A stretch of DNA of 64,000 bases from Octopus vulgaris (GCA_951406725.2 OX597814.1:73904001-73968000); one strand, 5' to 3'; shown: positions 13,902 to 27,465, counted from the stretch's first letter. A program made the numbers and translations. The notes: generated from the letters alone by a model not told the origin.

Positions 13902-15807
13902 CATAGTACTCTCCCTGAGGATTATTCTCCATATCATCTTCCAGCTGTTGTGTTAAAGCTGCTAGTTTCTTTTCTGCTTCAGATGGACCTTTGCTTGGTC
14001 CAGGGGTCACTTGATAAGTTAGATGTGGTGAAACAGATAATTTTGGAAGAGTCTCTGAAGTCGGTTGAATATATGTTGAAGTGGGTTGCGAGAATTGATT
14101 AGATACCATGTCCTCATTCGCAACACTTGTTGGTGCATTGGCATATTTCAAAGGAACTCTTGATGATGTACTACCAGGCATTGGTTCAGTTTTATGAGGA
14201 CCATGATAAGGTGGAGGAGGTTCCTTAGGGATATCAACGGGTTTACGAGTTGTCGATATACGCATATCATTTTCTAACTGTTGTGTTAAGGCAGCAAGTT
14301 TCTCTTCAGCATCCGAAAGTCCATTTTTTTTCGGAGGTATTGTTTCATAATATAATGGCAAATTCATTGATGCGATATTATCTGGTACAGGAGGTCGAGG
14401 AATGTTGTGAGCAGTGGTTTGAATAGGTATACCGCCACTGATGTAGGGGCTTTGATTTTGTGTAGTATTATTTACAGATGTTTGTAAGAACTGAGTAGTA
14501 TTAGCATAAATTGGCTGTGTTGTGGAATCGGAAGTTATGTCAGTCGAAGGGGAAGAGACAATAATAGGATGAGTTCGATATTTAAGCTCATTGTAAATAT
14601 GTGGAGCCGGTTCATTAAATCTGCTGTCAGTTAAAATTGATCGAGAACCGCCGCCTGTATTGGTATTTTGCACCATCATAGTCTGGTGATTAACATGAGA
14701 TGAGTAAGTATTCGAATTAAGTATGGTGTCAGGATGGGAACTGAAAGACCTTTCGTTGTTAGTCATAACAATACTACTTCTAGGACTAGGGTATCGATCA
14801 TACAAAACTCCTGTTAGGCTGGCTCTTGGACTAGATTGTTTGGAATCTATTGAACCAGCACTAACACTAGATTTCGAACTGGCTATACTAGATCGTGGAC
14901 TACTCATTCGTTGATCATAAACTACTGACAAAGGTAAAGGTGGAGCTGGTGGTCCGATGACACTAGTACGTGGACTGGAATTTTTAGAATCAGCACCACC
15001 GCCACTACCTAGACTTGAACGGGGACTAGAAAAAGTCGAACCAGATTGTTGTGACCTGGTGTTAACATTAGTATTAGCAGCATTAGACAAAGACTGGTTA
15101 GAATTTATCTGTATGGGTATCATAGTTGGAGTTGAAGTGGATGTCGTCATTACAATACCTGGAAGAGGTAAAAGTGGAGGTGAAGCATGTGCAGCGGCTG
15201 CCGCAGCCAAGGCTGCAGATGAAGGTGGAGGTGGTGGTGGCGGAATAGTACTACTTGGGAAAGAAGAAGAAGTTGCAGAGGAAGAATTTCTTAACCCTAC
15301 CGTGTCCGAATAACGAGGAAATGATATCAAGGACGATGTTGGTTCTCCAAGAGGTGAACCTGTGATAGACGGAGTATGAAAAGGTAATAAGTTACTACCT
15401 GGTTGAGGAAATATGGACATTACTGGTTTCATATTAGAAGTTGTTCCTAAATTTGACTGACCAAGAAGGATCGGAATCGGTGGCTTCGAATCTCCTCGAA
15501 TATGCATTAACTGTTGATGTAGCTGTTGGTGGTGATGAAGCAAGTTAGAAGGGTGTTCGATACCGGAGCCGAAACCAGTTGAACTTACAAGTGTTTTTTG
15601 ACTATATTTCATTTGTGCAGACTGTTTTTGCTGCATGTGTGCCATATATAGGCTCTGTTTGCATTTAAATTCTTCTCCTGCAGATGTGTCTGATTTTTTG
15701 GCTGTCACCTCGCGCCAGTATGTTTGTGGTGTGGGTACTTCAAACATACTTAAATCCTCTTTAAACCGATTAATATCTTTGTCTATATCATCAGAGTATC
15801 CATCCAT
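13902..15807 (-). CDS. First coding exon (pre-LIM region, about 635 aa) of an Ajuba/LIMD1/WTIP-family LIM protein
   Basis: Long Ser/Pro-rich ORF with an ATG in good context (GCCATGG) and repeated SPRSS motifs. It ends AEKKLAALTQQLEDDM...GEYYG, the family signature just before LIM1. Phase-1 donor G|GTAGGT at 13902/13901. Downstream exons were not found in the window. Confidence 0.85.
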
Positions 15808-16670
15808 GGCACTAACTCGTGATTAGACGTTTATATCTGTTTTTATCAAGGTAAAAAAAAACAGAATTACGAAATCTATCAAAGTATAGTTAACTTTGAA
15901 AGAGTAAAGTAATTCACCATGTAGCCAGGTACTCTACAATAATGGCGGGGGTAACGTAGCGCAGTGATACCTAGATTTTCTTCTTTCGCACTATTTACAG
16001 AGAACCGCAGTGCATTTCCTTCGCAATTCCGACAGATTTTGTTAATGTATTTTTATGAAACTTATTAAACTTTTATCACCATTTTCTTCGTGCCAATAAA
16101 ATTAATAGATGGTTCAATTTCATTACAATAATTATTCCAAAAAATTTTTAGAGTATTAAATATTCAGTAGAAGCTTGTCAACTAATATAACATGTATTAC
16201 TACATGTATCAAGAAAAGTTTGTTTTCTTTTTTTAAATGTATGATATTTGCAAATAAATGTGTTAAATATGTGCTGGAAATGGAAATCAGAGATTCTGAA
16301 TATCATAAATTTTCCAACTCACGACGTTAAATTATATTTCGCTGTACATAACTACCCACACTAACTTAGGTTTGGCTTGTGTACAAACAACATCACGTGT
16401 TTACCTTAAGTTGTATAACAACCGCAAGAGACGACTTTCTCACTCATTCCAAGAAAAGGTTGTACCCACAACCTCCGGAGATGGTTTCCGTTCACGAATA
16501 CTTGCACAAGTTTTAGATTACATTATTGTTGTTTATACGCAACGTGGCCTTGACTCACCAGACTTATTATAAAAGACGTTCCACTCATGGCCAGTCCACT
16601 TTTTTATTAGTCAAGAAGTACAACTGTAAAGATTTGGCTGCTATTTCTAGAAAGTCGAGTGACCACTCAC
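15808..16670 (-). promoter_or_regulatory. Probable 5'UTR/promoter of the LIM gene
   Basis: Repeat-free and relatively CpG-retaining stretch upstream of the ATG. YY1-like AATGGCGG at 15941-15948; TEAD-like CATTCCA at 16445-16451. Confidence 0.4.
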
Positions 16671-16673
16671 TGT

Positions 16674-17590
<917 letters not shown>

Positions 17591-17595
17591 TATAC

Positions 17596-18043
17596 AGGAC
17601 TGGCTGTGTGGTAAGTAGCTTGCTAACCAACCACATGGTTCCGGGTTCAGTCCCACTGTGGCATCTTGGGTAAGTGTCTTCTGCTATAGCCTCGGGCCGA
17701 CCAGTGCCTTGTGAGTGGATTTGGTAGACGGAAACTGAAAGAAGCCTGTCGTATATATGTATAAAATAATAATTGTGTACAGTGCTCAGGTGCACTACAA
17801 CTCATCTATATATATGTGTGTGTGTACATGCTTGTGTGTCTGTGTTTGTCCCTCTAGCATTGCTTGACAACCGATGCTGGTGTGTTTACGTCCCCGTCAC
17901 TTAGCGGTTCGGCAAAAGAGACCGATAGAATAAGTACTGGGCTTACAAAGAATAAGTTCCGGGGTCGATTTGCTCGACTAAAGGCGGTGCTTCAGCATGG
18001 CCACAGTCAAATGACTGAAACAAGTAAAAGAGTAAAAAAAGAG
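17596..18043 (+). mobile_element. tRNA-headed SINE family A
   Basis: A-box-like TGTGTGGTAAG and B-box-like GGTTCAGTCCC, a central microsatellite, and the tail ggcggtgcttcagcatggccacagtcaaatgactgaaacaagtaaaaga. Multiple copies in the window. Confidence 0.85.
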
Positions 18044-18054
18044 ATATAACATTC

Positions 18055-18450
18055 TTTTATTTGTTTTGGTCATTTCACCACGGTCAGGTTGGAGCACCAC
18101 CTGTAGTCAAATAAACTGACCCCAGGATTTATTCTTTCTAAGACTAGTACTTATAGTATTGGTGGCCAAACCACTAAGTTATGGGGACATAAACACACTA
18201 ACATCGATAGTCAGAGCAATAGTAGGGGGACAAACACAAATACACAAGCATACACACACACTCACACATACATACATATGTATGTATATATATATATATG
18301 CATGACAGGCTTCTTTCAGTTCCCATCTACCAAATCCACTTACAAGGCTTTGGTCAGCCGAGGCTATCGTAGAAGACACTTGCCCAAGGTGTCACCCAGA
18401 ACTATGTGGTTAGTAAGCAAGCTACTTACCAGACAGCCACACTTGCACCT
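18055..18450 (-). mobile_element. tRNA-headed SINE family A
   Basis: Reverse-complement match to 17596-18043. Confidence 0.8.
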
Positions 18451-18504
18451 ATGTAAAATGTAAGATATATATAACATTTATATGATATATATATATATAT
18501 ATAT

Positions 18505-18633
18505 TCTTATTCTTGTTTCAGTCATTTGACTGTGGCCGGTCTCTTTTGCCGAACCGCTAAGTTACGAGGACGTAAACACACTAGCATCAGTTGTCTAGCA
18601 ATGTTGGGGGGACAAACATACACACACGCATAC

Positions 18634-18666
<33 letters not shown>

Positions 18667-18835
18667 TACGACGGGCTTCTTTCAGTTTCCGTCTACCAAA
18701 TCCAATCACAAGGCTTTGGTTGGCCTGAGGCTATAATAGAAGACACTTGCCCGAGGTGCCATGCAGTGGGACTGAACCCCCGGAACCATGTGGTTTGTAA
18801 GCAAGCTACTTACCACACAGCCACTCCTGCACCTA
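18505..18835 (-). mobile_element. tRNA-headed SINE family A (internal deletion)
   Basis: Reverse-complement match to 17596-18043. Confidence 0.8.
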
Positions 18836-18867
18836 TGTGTGTGTGTATATATATATATATATATAGG

Positions 18868-19445
18868 TGTAGGATCGCCAAAGTCCAGCAGATGAACTAC
18901 AGGGAGCGACTGAAGGCACTAAGTCTCTACTCCCTTGAGTGCAGGCAGGAGAGATATGTAATAATTTACATAGGGAAAATACTGGAAGGACTAGTACCAA
19001 ACTTTGGCACCAAGTACTACACGAATGCCCGCACAGGTCACCACTGCATAGTATGAAGGGTACCGTCCACTGCATCTCACATAAGAACAAGGTACTGCAA
19101 TAGCCTCGGTTTCAGAGGACCTCAGCTCTTTAATGCCCTGCCTAAACAATTGAGAGACCTGCCATACATGGATATAGAGGTCTTCAAAACAAAACTCGAC
19201 AATTTCTTATCCATGATACCAGATGAACTGATGGCTCAAAATAAGACACAGTTGAAGGCAGTGATGTCAAATTCTCTTATATACCAGATGTGCCATTGAA
19301 AGTCTTGATTGAACTACATCAGTGGCAGAGAAGAGCCATGCAAGGAATGTGCACAGAGCACAGCATAAGGAGGGATAGTCATGGTGGTGCTCCAGCACGA
19401 CCACAGCCACCTTGTTGAAACGCATAACTAAATAAATAAATAAAT
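18868..19445 (+). mobile_element. CR1/L2-like LINE 3' end
   Basis: MNYRERLKALSLYSLECRQERY..., YCNSLGFRGPQLFNALP; tail ggtggtgctccagca...gaaac followed by (TAAA)n. Confidence 0.85.
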
Positions 19446-19476
19446 ATTTACATTTATATATATATAAATTTATATT

Positions 19477-19570
<94 letters not shown>
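19446..19570. repeat. (TA)n microsatellite
   Basis: Directly visible. Confidence 0.95.
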
Positions 19571-19573
<3 letters not shown>

Positions 19574-20930
19574 TTACTCTTTTATTCATTTCAGCCATGC
19601 GACTGTGGTCATGCTGGAGCACCACCATGGTCTTTCTGACTTCCTCAGTCTGGGTGTTTCACATCACCACTCCTGTATGTACCTTTTTCCCAGCTCTTGG
19701 TTCATCCAGTATTGTGGAGAGGAGGATGTCTAATTCCTTTTTGGAGACATCTACTTCCACCTTATGCAAATTTCCTAATTTTTGTGGCAGGGCATTGAAC
19801 CATATATTATTACAATACCTGGTCCTGAATTTAGATGGAGTGGACAGCACCTTTGATACAATACAATGGCAACAGGTTCTGGCATTTGTATAACACTCAA
19901 TGCTAAAGTTACATACTAGCCCTTCTAGGAATTTTCATATGTATATTATTATGTATCTGTCACACCTTCACTCCAAGGAGCAGAGTTGTAGTTTTCTCAG
20001 CCTATCTCTATAGTTCATCCACTGCACTGTTTCGATCTTTTTAGTGTAGTGGCGTTGGACTGCTCCAAGCTCCGCTGTTAGTTTGGCACTATGTGGTGAC
20101 CATAACTGGGAACAAAGGTTCTCCACAGGGTCAACATAATTTCTTTGTCTCTTGTCTTGAAGGACCTCAGTATCCATCCTGCCAGTTTGCATTTTGCTGC
20201 CATCTTGCTTATGTGCATATGAAATGCTGTGTCATTGCACATGTTGATCCCCAAGTCTTTTACTGCCTGTGACTCTGGGATTGTAGTGCTTTCAGGTCCT
20301 GTAAATGTACATTGTACTGTATTTGTACTGAGTTTATATTGCTGTACTTGAAATTTTCCGGCATTAAACTGCATGTTGTTTATTTCAGCTCACTTGTACA
20401 CTGAGTTCAGTTCCCGCTGTATGCTTGTAACATCCTCTTGGTTTTTTACTGCTTGTGACAATTTTGTGTCATCGGCATCTTCAATGTTGATGTATAGATG
20501 GCTGGTGCCTCCTTTTTTTAGAGCTGCAATATCAAAGAATTCAGCTGGATTTTTTTATCTGCATGTGTCCAAGTGTGGACTTTTAAATTGTTCACTGAGT
20601 ATTTCACTTATTCTTCCTGGGTCTGCTGTCAGTGAGTCATTTCCTTGGAACAATGGTCCTATTTTATATTGAATTGTAGCTGTTTCCTTTGCAAACTTAT
20701 AGAAAGCTTTGAGAATTGTTTTTATGCTTTCCACAGCCCCCCCTCTCTCTCTCTCTCTGTTCTTTCCCTTTCATGAGAGAGTTTGATCTTGCTTTCAATT
20801 TATAGGAGCGTCTTTGTGAAGACAGACTTCTCTCTATCTGTCAGTTGTCTAATCAGCCACTTTGAGTTCTTTGACCTACGTCTCATGAAGATTTTTTGTC
20901 CCTGGGAATTATGTTTGACAGTGTGCTGGC
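19571..20930 (-). mobile_element. CR1/L2-like LINE, deleted and decayed
   Basis: MQFNAGKF, VKDLGI, GWILRSFKTRD, SQLWSP, NYRDRLRKLQLCSLE; same tail as 18868-19445. Confidence 0.85.
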
Positions 20931-20934
20931 CTTT

Positions 20935-22500
20935 CTTTCTGTGTGTGTGTGTGTGTGTGAGGGTGTGTATGTATGTGTGGGTTGGTATGTGTGGGTGCCT
21001 ATGTGTGTGTGTGTTGTATTTATTAGGGGTTGAGTGTGTGTCTGTGCGTGTTGCATTTATCCAGGTGGTATGTGAGTGCATGTACATTCTGTACTGAGTA
21101 TGCGTTTGTGTGTGTATATGTGGGTATGGTTTATGTAGTTTCCGGGGTGTGTGTGCACATGTGTGTGTGTGCTGTATTTGTGAGTGTTTTGTTTTGTTTG
21201 TATTGTTAGTGCAGTGTTGTATATACGTGTGGGTGTGTTTGTGCAAGTGTGTCTATGTGTCTTGTATTTGTCAGGGCGATGTGTATTATTGTGTGTGTGT
21301 GCATACTTGTGTGTATGTGTGTGTGTATATCTGTGTGTTTGTAAGCGTTTGTTGTGATCGTTGGCATTGTATTGTGTGTACATATGTGTGTGTGTGCGCG
21401 TATATGTCTGCATATATGCGTGTGTATGTGGTTTGTGTAGTATTTGTGTGTTTGTGCATCAGTGTATGTGTAGGTATGTACGTGACTGTGAATTGTAATT
21501 TTCACGGTGGTGTGTGTAGGTGTGTACATATACGTGTTTACATGTGTGTGTACATATACGTGTTTACATGTGTGTGTACGTGTGAGTGTTGGTTATGTTG
21601 CTAGAATCATATTGCCAGTGTATATATATATGTATGTTTTTTCTTATAATGTGTGTGGGTTTGTGCTCGAGCGTGGGGATATTGTGTTTGTGCATGTGTA
21701 ACCTGAAGTTTACACAATTATATACAAGAACATCCCACTACTGAGTCAAGACCCACATCTAAAAAAGCACTCGAAACCCATAAAATAATAAAAAGCAAAA
21801 GACAACACAAATCCCTAAAAACCCTAATCATCAATGCAAAATTACTCAATGCAAGCCCAACACCCACCATCAAAAAATGTGGTCGATCTAACTGCAGGAC
21901 TTGCATACACCTCATTGAAGGAACAATATACAAATTCCAACCAGGACACATTTTTGTCGTAAAAAATAACTTCAGCTGTGCATCAAAGAATTTACTTTAT
22001 GCCATAAGGTGTGAAAGGTGCCACAAAGATTACATAGGGCAAACAAGTCTTACCCTCAGAGAAAGGATGACAGTCCACCATCAACAATTGAGGGACCCCA
22101 CCACAAGAGAGATACCAGTTAGTGGTCGCTTAGATCTCTGTGCACAAAACTAGTCCTCCAAATTCCTAGTTTTCCCACTATACCAATGCCCAGACAACAC
22201 CACTGACCAAACACAAATAGATAGGGGAAAATAATTTTATTCAAAAATACAGACCACGACTCAACATACCCTAACATACCCCCAGGTACACACCCACAAC
22301 AAACACAGAAACACATACAGATGTACACAAACACACACGCACAAATACAATGCAAACCTCCCACACTCGAGCACAAGCCCACACACATTCCAAGAAAAAA
22401 CACATACATATATACACTTGCAATACGATTCTAGCAACCATAACCAATACTCACACACACACACATACACATACATGTAAACACTACATGCACACATCTA
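20935..22500 (+). mobile_element. Penelope-like element (Neptune-type) 3' end with an inverted copy of its tail
   Basis: 21870-22270 translates KCGRSNCRTC...NFSCASKNLLYAIRCERCHKDYIGQTSLTLRERM..H (Zn finger plus GIY-YIG) and ends RPRLN. The CA-rich tail at 22280-22497 is mirrored by the GT-rich 20935-21695. Confidence 0.85.
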
Positions 22501-22814
22501 TATTTTTGTTCATTCGTTATAAAACTTGAATTATGCTTACACTAAAGATTAAAATGTGCATTTCTGCACTAATTAGGAAATCTTGTGATTTGCAGCTGAA
22601 TTCTGCATTCTGTCACATTCAATACTATGTATTTATATATTTTGGTAGTTTTGACTTTAAGAATCTCTCCTAGCATGTATTATTTATATATAGTAATGCC
22701 TCAATATAATATAAATAAATATATTTAAGAAAAAAAATTGATGGATTTTTTCTTATGAGGTTTTTCACGCTAACTACTTGATAATTCTTATAAAGATCTT
22801 ATCCTATTTTTAAA

Positions 22815-22869
22815 TATATATTCATATATATATATATATATACAAATATATATATAAACACATATATAA

Positions 22870-22920
<51 letters not shown>

Positions 22921-22971
22921 TATACATATATATATATTTATATATGTGTTTATATATATATTTGTATATAA

Positions 22972-23006
<35 letters not shown>

Positions 23007-23085
23007 TACACACATATATATACATATATATATATTTATATGTGTTTATATATATATTTGTATATATATATATATATTTATATAA
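22815..23085. repeat. Complex (TA)n repeat
   Basis: Directly visible. Confidence 0.9.
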
Positions 23086-23426
23086 AACAATTGCAGCATA
23101 GAAGGTGTTTATAAGCCATTTAAGAAACACACAAAAACAATTAGATTCACTTCAACATTCAAATTTAATTTTCAAAAATATTTTCGTCGCTTTGAGACGG
23201 CGACCTGTTCACTGACAAAATTCCGTGCTGCATCTGATGCAGCATGGTCTCAAAGTGGTCTCAGAGCGACGAAAATAATTTGGCAAATTGAATTTAAATG
23301 TTGAAGTGAATCTAACGGTGTTTGTGTGTTTCTTAAATGACTTAAACACCTTCCACATTTCAATTATTTTCGTTCCAGCACATGATATCAGATCAGGTCA
23401 CTTGCTATGCAAGTACATCTCTGTAA
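23086..23426. mobile_element. Fold-back (inverted) repeat element, Penelope pseudo-LTR-like
   Basis: Arms at about 23090-23198 and 23257-23370 are reverse complements. Another family copy lies at 30511-30680. Confidence 0.65.
23168..23220 (-). ncRNA. Type I hammerhead-like motif, G3-C8 core variant (degenerate stem I)
   Basis: Minus strand: ttttgtca GTGAACA g GTCGC cgtctcaaa GCGAC GAAAATATTT ttgaaaa. Confidence 0.55.
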
Positions 23427-23432
23427 TATATT

Positions 23433-23464
<32 letters not shown>

Positions 23465-23466
<2 letters not shown>

Positions 23467-25608
23467 AAAAGAAAGAGGCTTGGAGAAGCCATTATGAAAG
23501 ACTGCTGAATGTGGAGAATGAATGGGAGGAGGAGAGCCTGCCAAATGTTGACCCAGTAGAGGGACCAGCTATCCGAATAGACAGCTCCCTTATAGTTAAT
23601 TTAATTAAGGGCATGAAACCAGGTAAAGCCCCCGGCCCATCAGGAATCACTGCTGAGATACTTAAGACAGCTGGTTGTGTGGGCTATGGCCTAGTCACCC
23701 GCATTGTAAACCAGGTAGTTCATAATGGAGTCATACCCAATGACTGGCGTAGCAGCACCATAGTCAACTGCTACAAGGGTAAAGGTGATGCTCTAGACAG
23801 AAATAACTACAGGGGTATTAAACTGTTGGATCAGGTGATGAAGGTCACAGAGAGGGTCATAACCCATCTCATTAGGGAGAGAATTTGCTTAGATGAGATG
23901 CAGTTCAGTTTTGTGCCGGGTAGAAGCACCACTAATGCTATATTCCTGGTCCGACAACTGCAGAAGTACCTAGCTAAAGATAAACCCCTCTACATAGCTT
24001 TTGTGGACTTGGAGAAAGCCTTTGACAGGGTCCCCCGATCCCTTATCTGGTGGTCGATGCGGAAACTGGAGATTGACGAATGGCTAATAAGGGCTGTACA
24101 GTCCCTATACAGAGAGGCTGTCAGCAAGGTTAGGATTGGCAACGAATATAGTGAAGAATATCGGGTAGAAGTAGGTGTACACCAAAGTTCAGCCCTCAGT
24201 TCCCTTTTATTCATCATAGTCCTCCAGGCAATAACAGAGGAATTCAAAACAGGTTTCCCCTTGGAGCTCCTCTATGCTGATGACCTGGCTCTCATAGCAG
24301 AATCACTGCCGGAACTAGAAAAGAAATTTCGAGTGTGGAAGCAAGGGTTAGAATCAAAGGGCCTTAGAGTAAATGTAGCAAAGACCAAAGTTATAGTAAG
24401 CAGAAAGGCAAACTCAGCACACACCCCCTCAGGCAGGTGGCCCTGCTTGATCTGTAGGAGAGGTGCAGCAACATCAAAGGGAAATTAACTGACAAGATAG
24501 CTTTCATGTGTGGCAGATGCACAGGGACAATAGACACCACAGATACTCAGAAAACAGATTCCATCACACTCCAGGGGAAGAAACTAGAAGTAGTTGATAG
24601 TTTCCACTACCTAGGTGACCAAGTTAGTAGTGGAGGTGGATGCTCAGAGAGTGTTACCACTAGAATACGAATAGCCTGGGCAAAGTTTAGAAAGCTCCTA
24701 CTCCTACTGGCGACAAAGGGTCTCTCGCTCAGAGTGAAAGGTAGATGGTATGATGCATGTGTGCAAACTGCCATGCTTCACGGTAGTGAAACATGGGCTG
24801 TAACTGCAGAGGACATGCGTAGACTTGAAATAAATAAAGCTAACATGATCCGCTGGATGTGTAATGTCAGTGTGCGCGCACGGCAGAGTGTAAGCACCCT
24901 GAGAGAAATGCTGGACATAAGAAGCATCAGATGTGGTGTGCAAGAGCGATGCTTGCGATGGTATGGTCATGCACTGCGGATGGATGAGGAGAGATGTGTC
25001 AAGAAGTGCTGCTCCCAAACAGTTGAAGGTATCAGGGGGAGAGGTAGACCCAGGAAGACATGGGATGAGGTAGTCAAGCATGACCTCAGAGCGTTGGGCC
25101 TCACGGAGGCAATGATGAAGGACCGAGATCTCTGGAGATATGCTTTGACTACAAAGACCCGGGCTGCTTCCTGCACCAGTTCCGCATAGCCCCTGCCCAT
25201 TCAAAGTACCTTGGATTTCAGAACAACCCACTGTGCTTGAGGAAACCAATTGAGTCAAGTACATGAACATCGAAATAAATATCAATGGAAATAGTAGTTG
25301 TGATACCTGTGCCGGTGGCACATAAAAAGCACGATGCCAGCGCCTCCTCAACTGGCTTCTGTGCCGGTGGCACGTTAAAAGCACCAACCGATCATGGTTG
25401 CTGCCAGGCTCCCCTGGCACCTGTGCCGGTGGCACGTAAAAAGCACCCACTACACTCACAGAGTTGTTGGCATTAGGAAGGGCATCCAGCTGTAGAAACA
25501 CTGCCAGATCAGACTGGAGCCTGGTGCAGCTTCCTGCCTTCCCAGACCTCGGTCGAACCATCCAACCCGTGCTAGCGCGGAAAACGGACGTTAAACGATG
25601 ATGATGAT
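23465..25608 (+). mobile_element. RTE-clade LINE, 5'-truncated
   Basis: RT ORF with KAPGPSG, NNYRGIKLL, FVDLEKAFDRVP and LLYADDL; C-terminal ORF 24506-25189; (GAT)n tail. Flanked by (TA)n. Confidence 0.95.
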
Positions 25609-26197
25609 ATATATATATATATATTTCTAATACTTTATGTATAAGCATGTATATATATATAGTGGTTTAAATATCAACACAATTTTTTCTCCTTCCTCCC
25701 TTTTTTTTTTCTCTTCCCTTCTCCAAACTCACAGACACCCACACACACACACACCTCTACAAAACAATCATAAAAAGAAATTTTCCCCTACCCCCAAAAA
25801 AACATTTGACCATCCCTCATTAAACACACACATTCTCACAATGATAAAAAGAAATATAATTTATGGTCTACCTCCCAGCCACCACACACTCAGTGACACT
25901 GTGAAATGGTCAAAACTGAAATTCTTTTTTCCCAAGACCTTAGAACCCCCTTGGAGTCAATATTCTGTCCAGCAGACCAAAAAATTATTTTCTTCTTCTT
26001 CCCTCTCCCTTCCCCTCTTTTTCTTTAGCACTCATCCCAAATTACAAAAACACACACACACACACGCACACACACATACACACATGTTCTCTCTCTCACT
26101 TTCTCCTCATCCATCACCCTCTTGTACTGTCTTATATTCCTCCCCACCACAACAAACTCAATACCACTATAAAATGGTCAAAACTCCTCACACAGGA

Positions 26198-27367
26198 ACC
26201 TGAAAACCTCTCCTCCAGTTCCGATAGTGATTCAGCAATTAGGGCAAGGTCATCAGCATAGAGGAGCTCCCAGGGGCATCCTGTCTTGAATTCCTCCGTT
26301 ATTGCTTGGAGGACTATTATAAATAGGAGGGGGGTGATGACTGAACCTTGGTAGACCCCAACCTCTACCCAGAATTCTTCAGTGTACTCATTGCCAACCC
26401 TCACCTTACTTACAGCGTCCCTGTACATGGCTTGCACAGCTCTCACTAACCATTCATCTATCCCTAGTTTCCTCATTGACCACAAGATAAGGGATTGGGG
26501 GACCCTGTCAAAGGCTTTCTCCATGTCAACGAAAGCCAGGTACAGAGGTTTATCTTTGGCTAGGTATTTCTCCTGCAGCTGTCTCACCAGAAATATGGCA
26601 TCAGTGGTCCTTTTCCCTGGCATGAAACCAAACTGCATCTCATCCAAGTTGACTCTCTCCCTAATCAGTTGGGCTATGACCCTCTCCATGACATTCATTA
26701 CCTGATCCAACAGCTTGATATCTCTGTAATTATTTGTATCTAGAGAGTCACCTTTACCTTTGTAGCAGTTGACTATTATGCTGCTACACCAGTCATTGGG
26801 TATGACTCCTTTGTGTATCACCTGGTTAACTATACGGGTGACTAGGCTATAGCCGACACTGCCAGATATTTTGAGCAACTCTGCATTAAATCCTGATGGG
26901 CCTGGGGCTTTCCCTGTTTTCATGCTTCTAATTGCCTTAACTACCAATGAACTATCAACTCGCATAGCTGGTCCCTCTGTTGGGTCGACATTCGGCAGAC
27001 TCTCTTTATCCCATTCATTTTCTTTATTCAGCAACCTTTCATAGTGGCGTCTCCAAACCTCTCTCTTTGCATCCTCATTTAGCGCAAGTGAACCATCGTC
27101 CATGCGAACACATTTCTCTCCTACCACATCACGATTCTCTCTCACACACTGTCTTGCAACACGAAATACCTCAAGTCTTTGGTCCTCACGGTGCAGAACA
27201 ATGGCAAATTTTTTTTTATCTGCTTCCCCTCTGGCTAAATAAACCTGTCTCCTAGCTTCCCTTCAGGCAGTCTGATACAATTCCCTGCTACCTTCGTTCT
27301 TCCAGTCCCTCCATGCCTGTTTCTTTTGTCTAATAGTCCTGTCAACCACATTGCTCCACCACCACGT
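26198..27367 (-). mobile_element. RTE-clade LINE internal fragment
   Basis: 337-aa RT ORF ending shortly after YADD. Confidence 0.95.
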
Positions 27368-27427
27368 TATATGTATAATATATATATAAATTATATATAT
27401 GTATATATATATATATATAATATATAA

Positions 27428-27465
<38 letters not shown>

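Noticed and set aside
14723-15826. Plus-strand ORFs overlapping the LIM exon
   Set aside because: Antisense shadows of the coding exon.
20783-21701. C/V- and H/T-rich ORFs
   Set aside because: Translations of a GT/CA-rich repeat tail.
24704-26203. 314-aa and 188-aa ORFs
   Set aside because: Antisense to an RTE copy, and low-complexity sequence, respectively.
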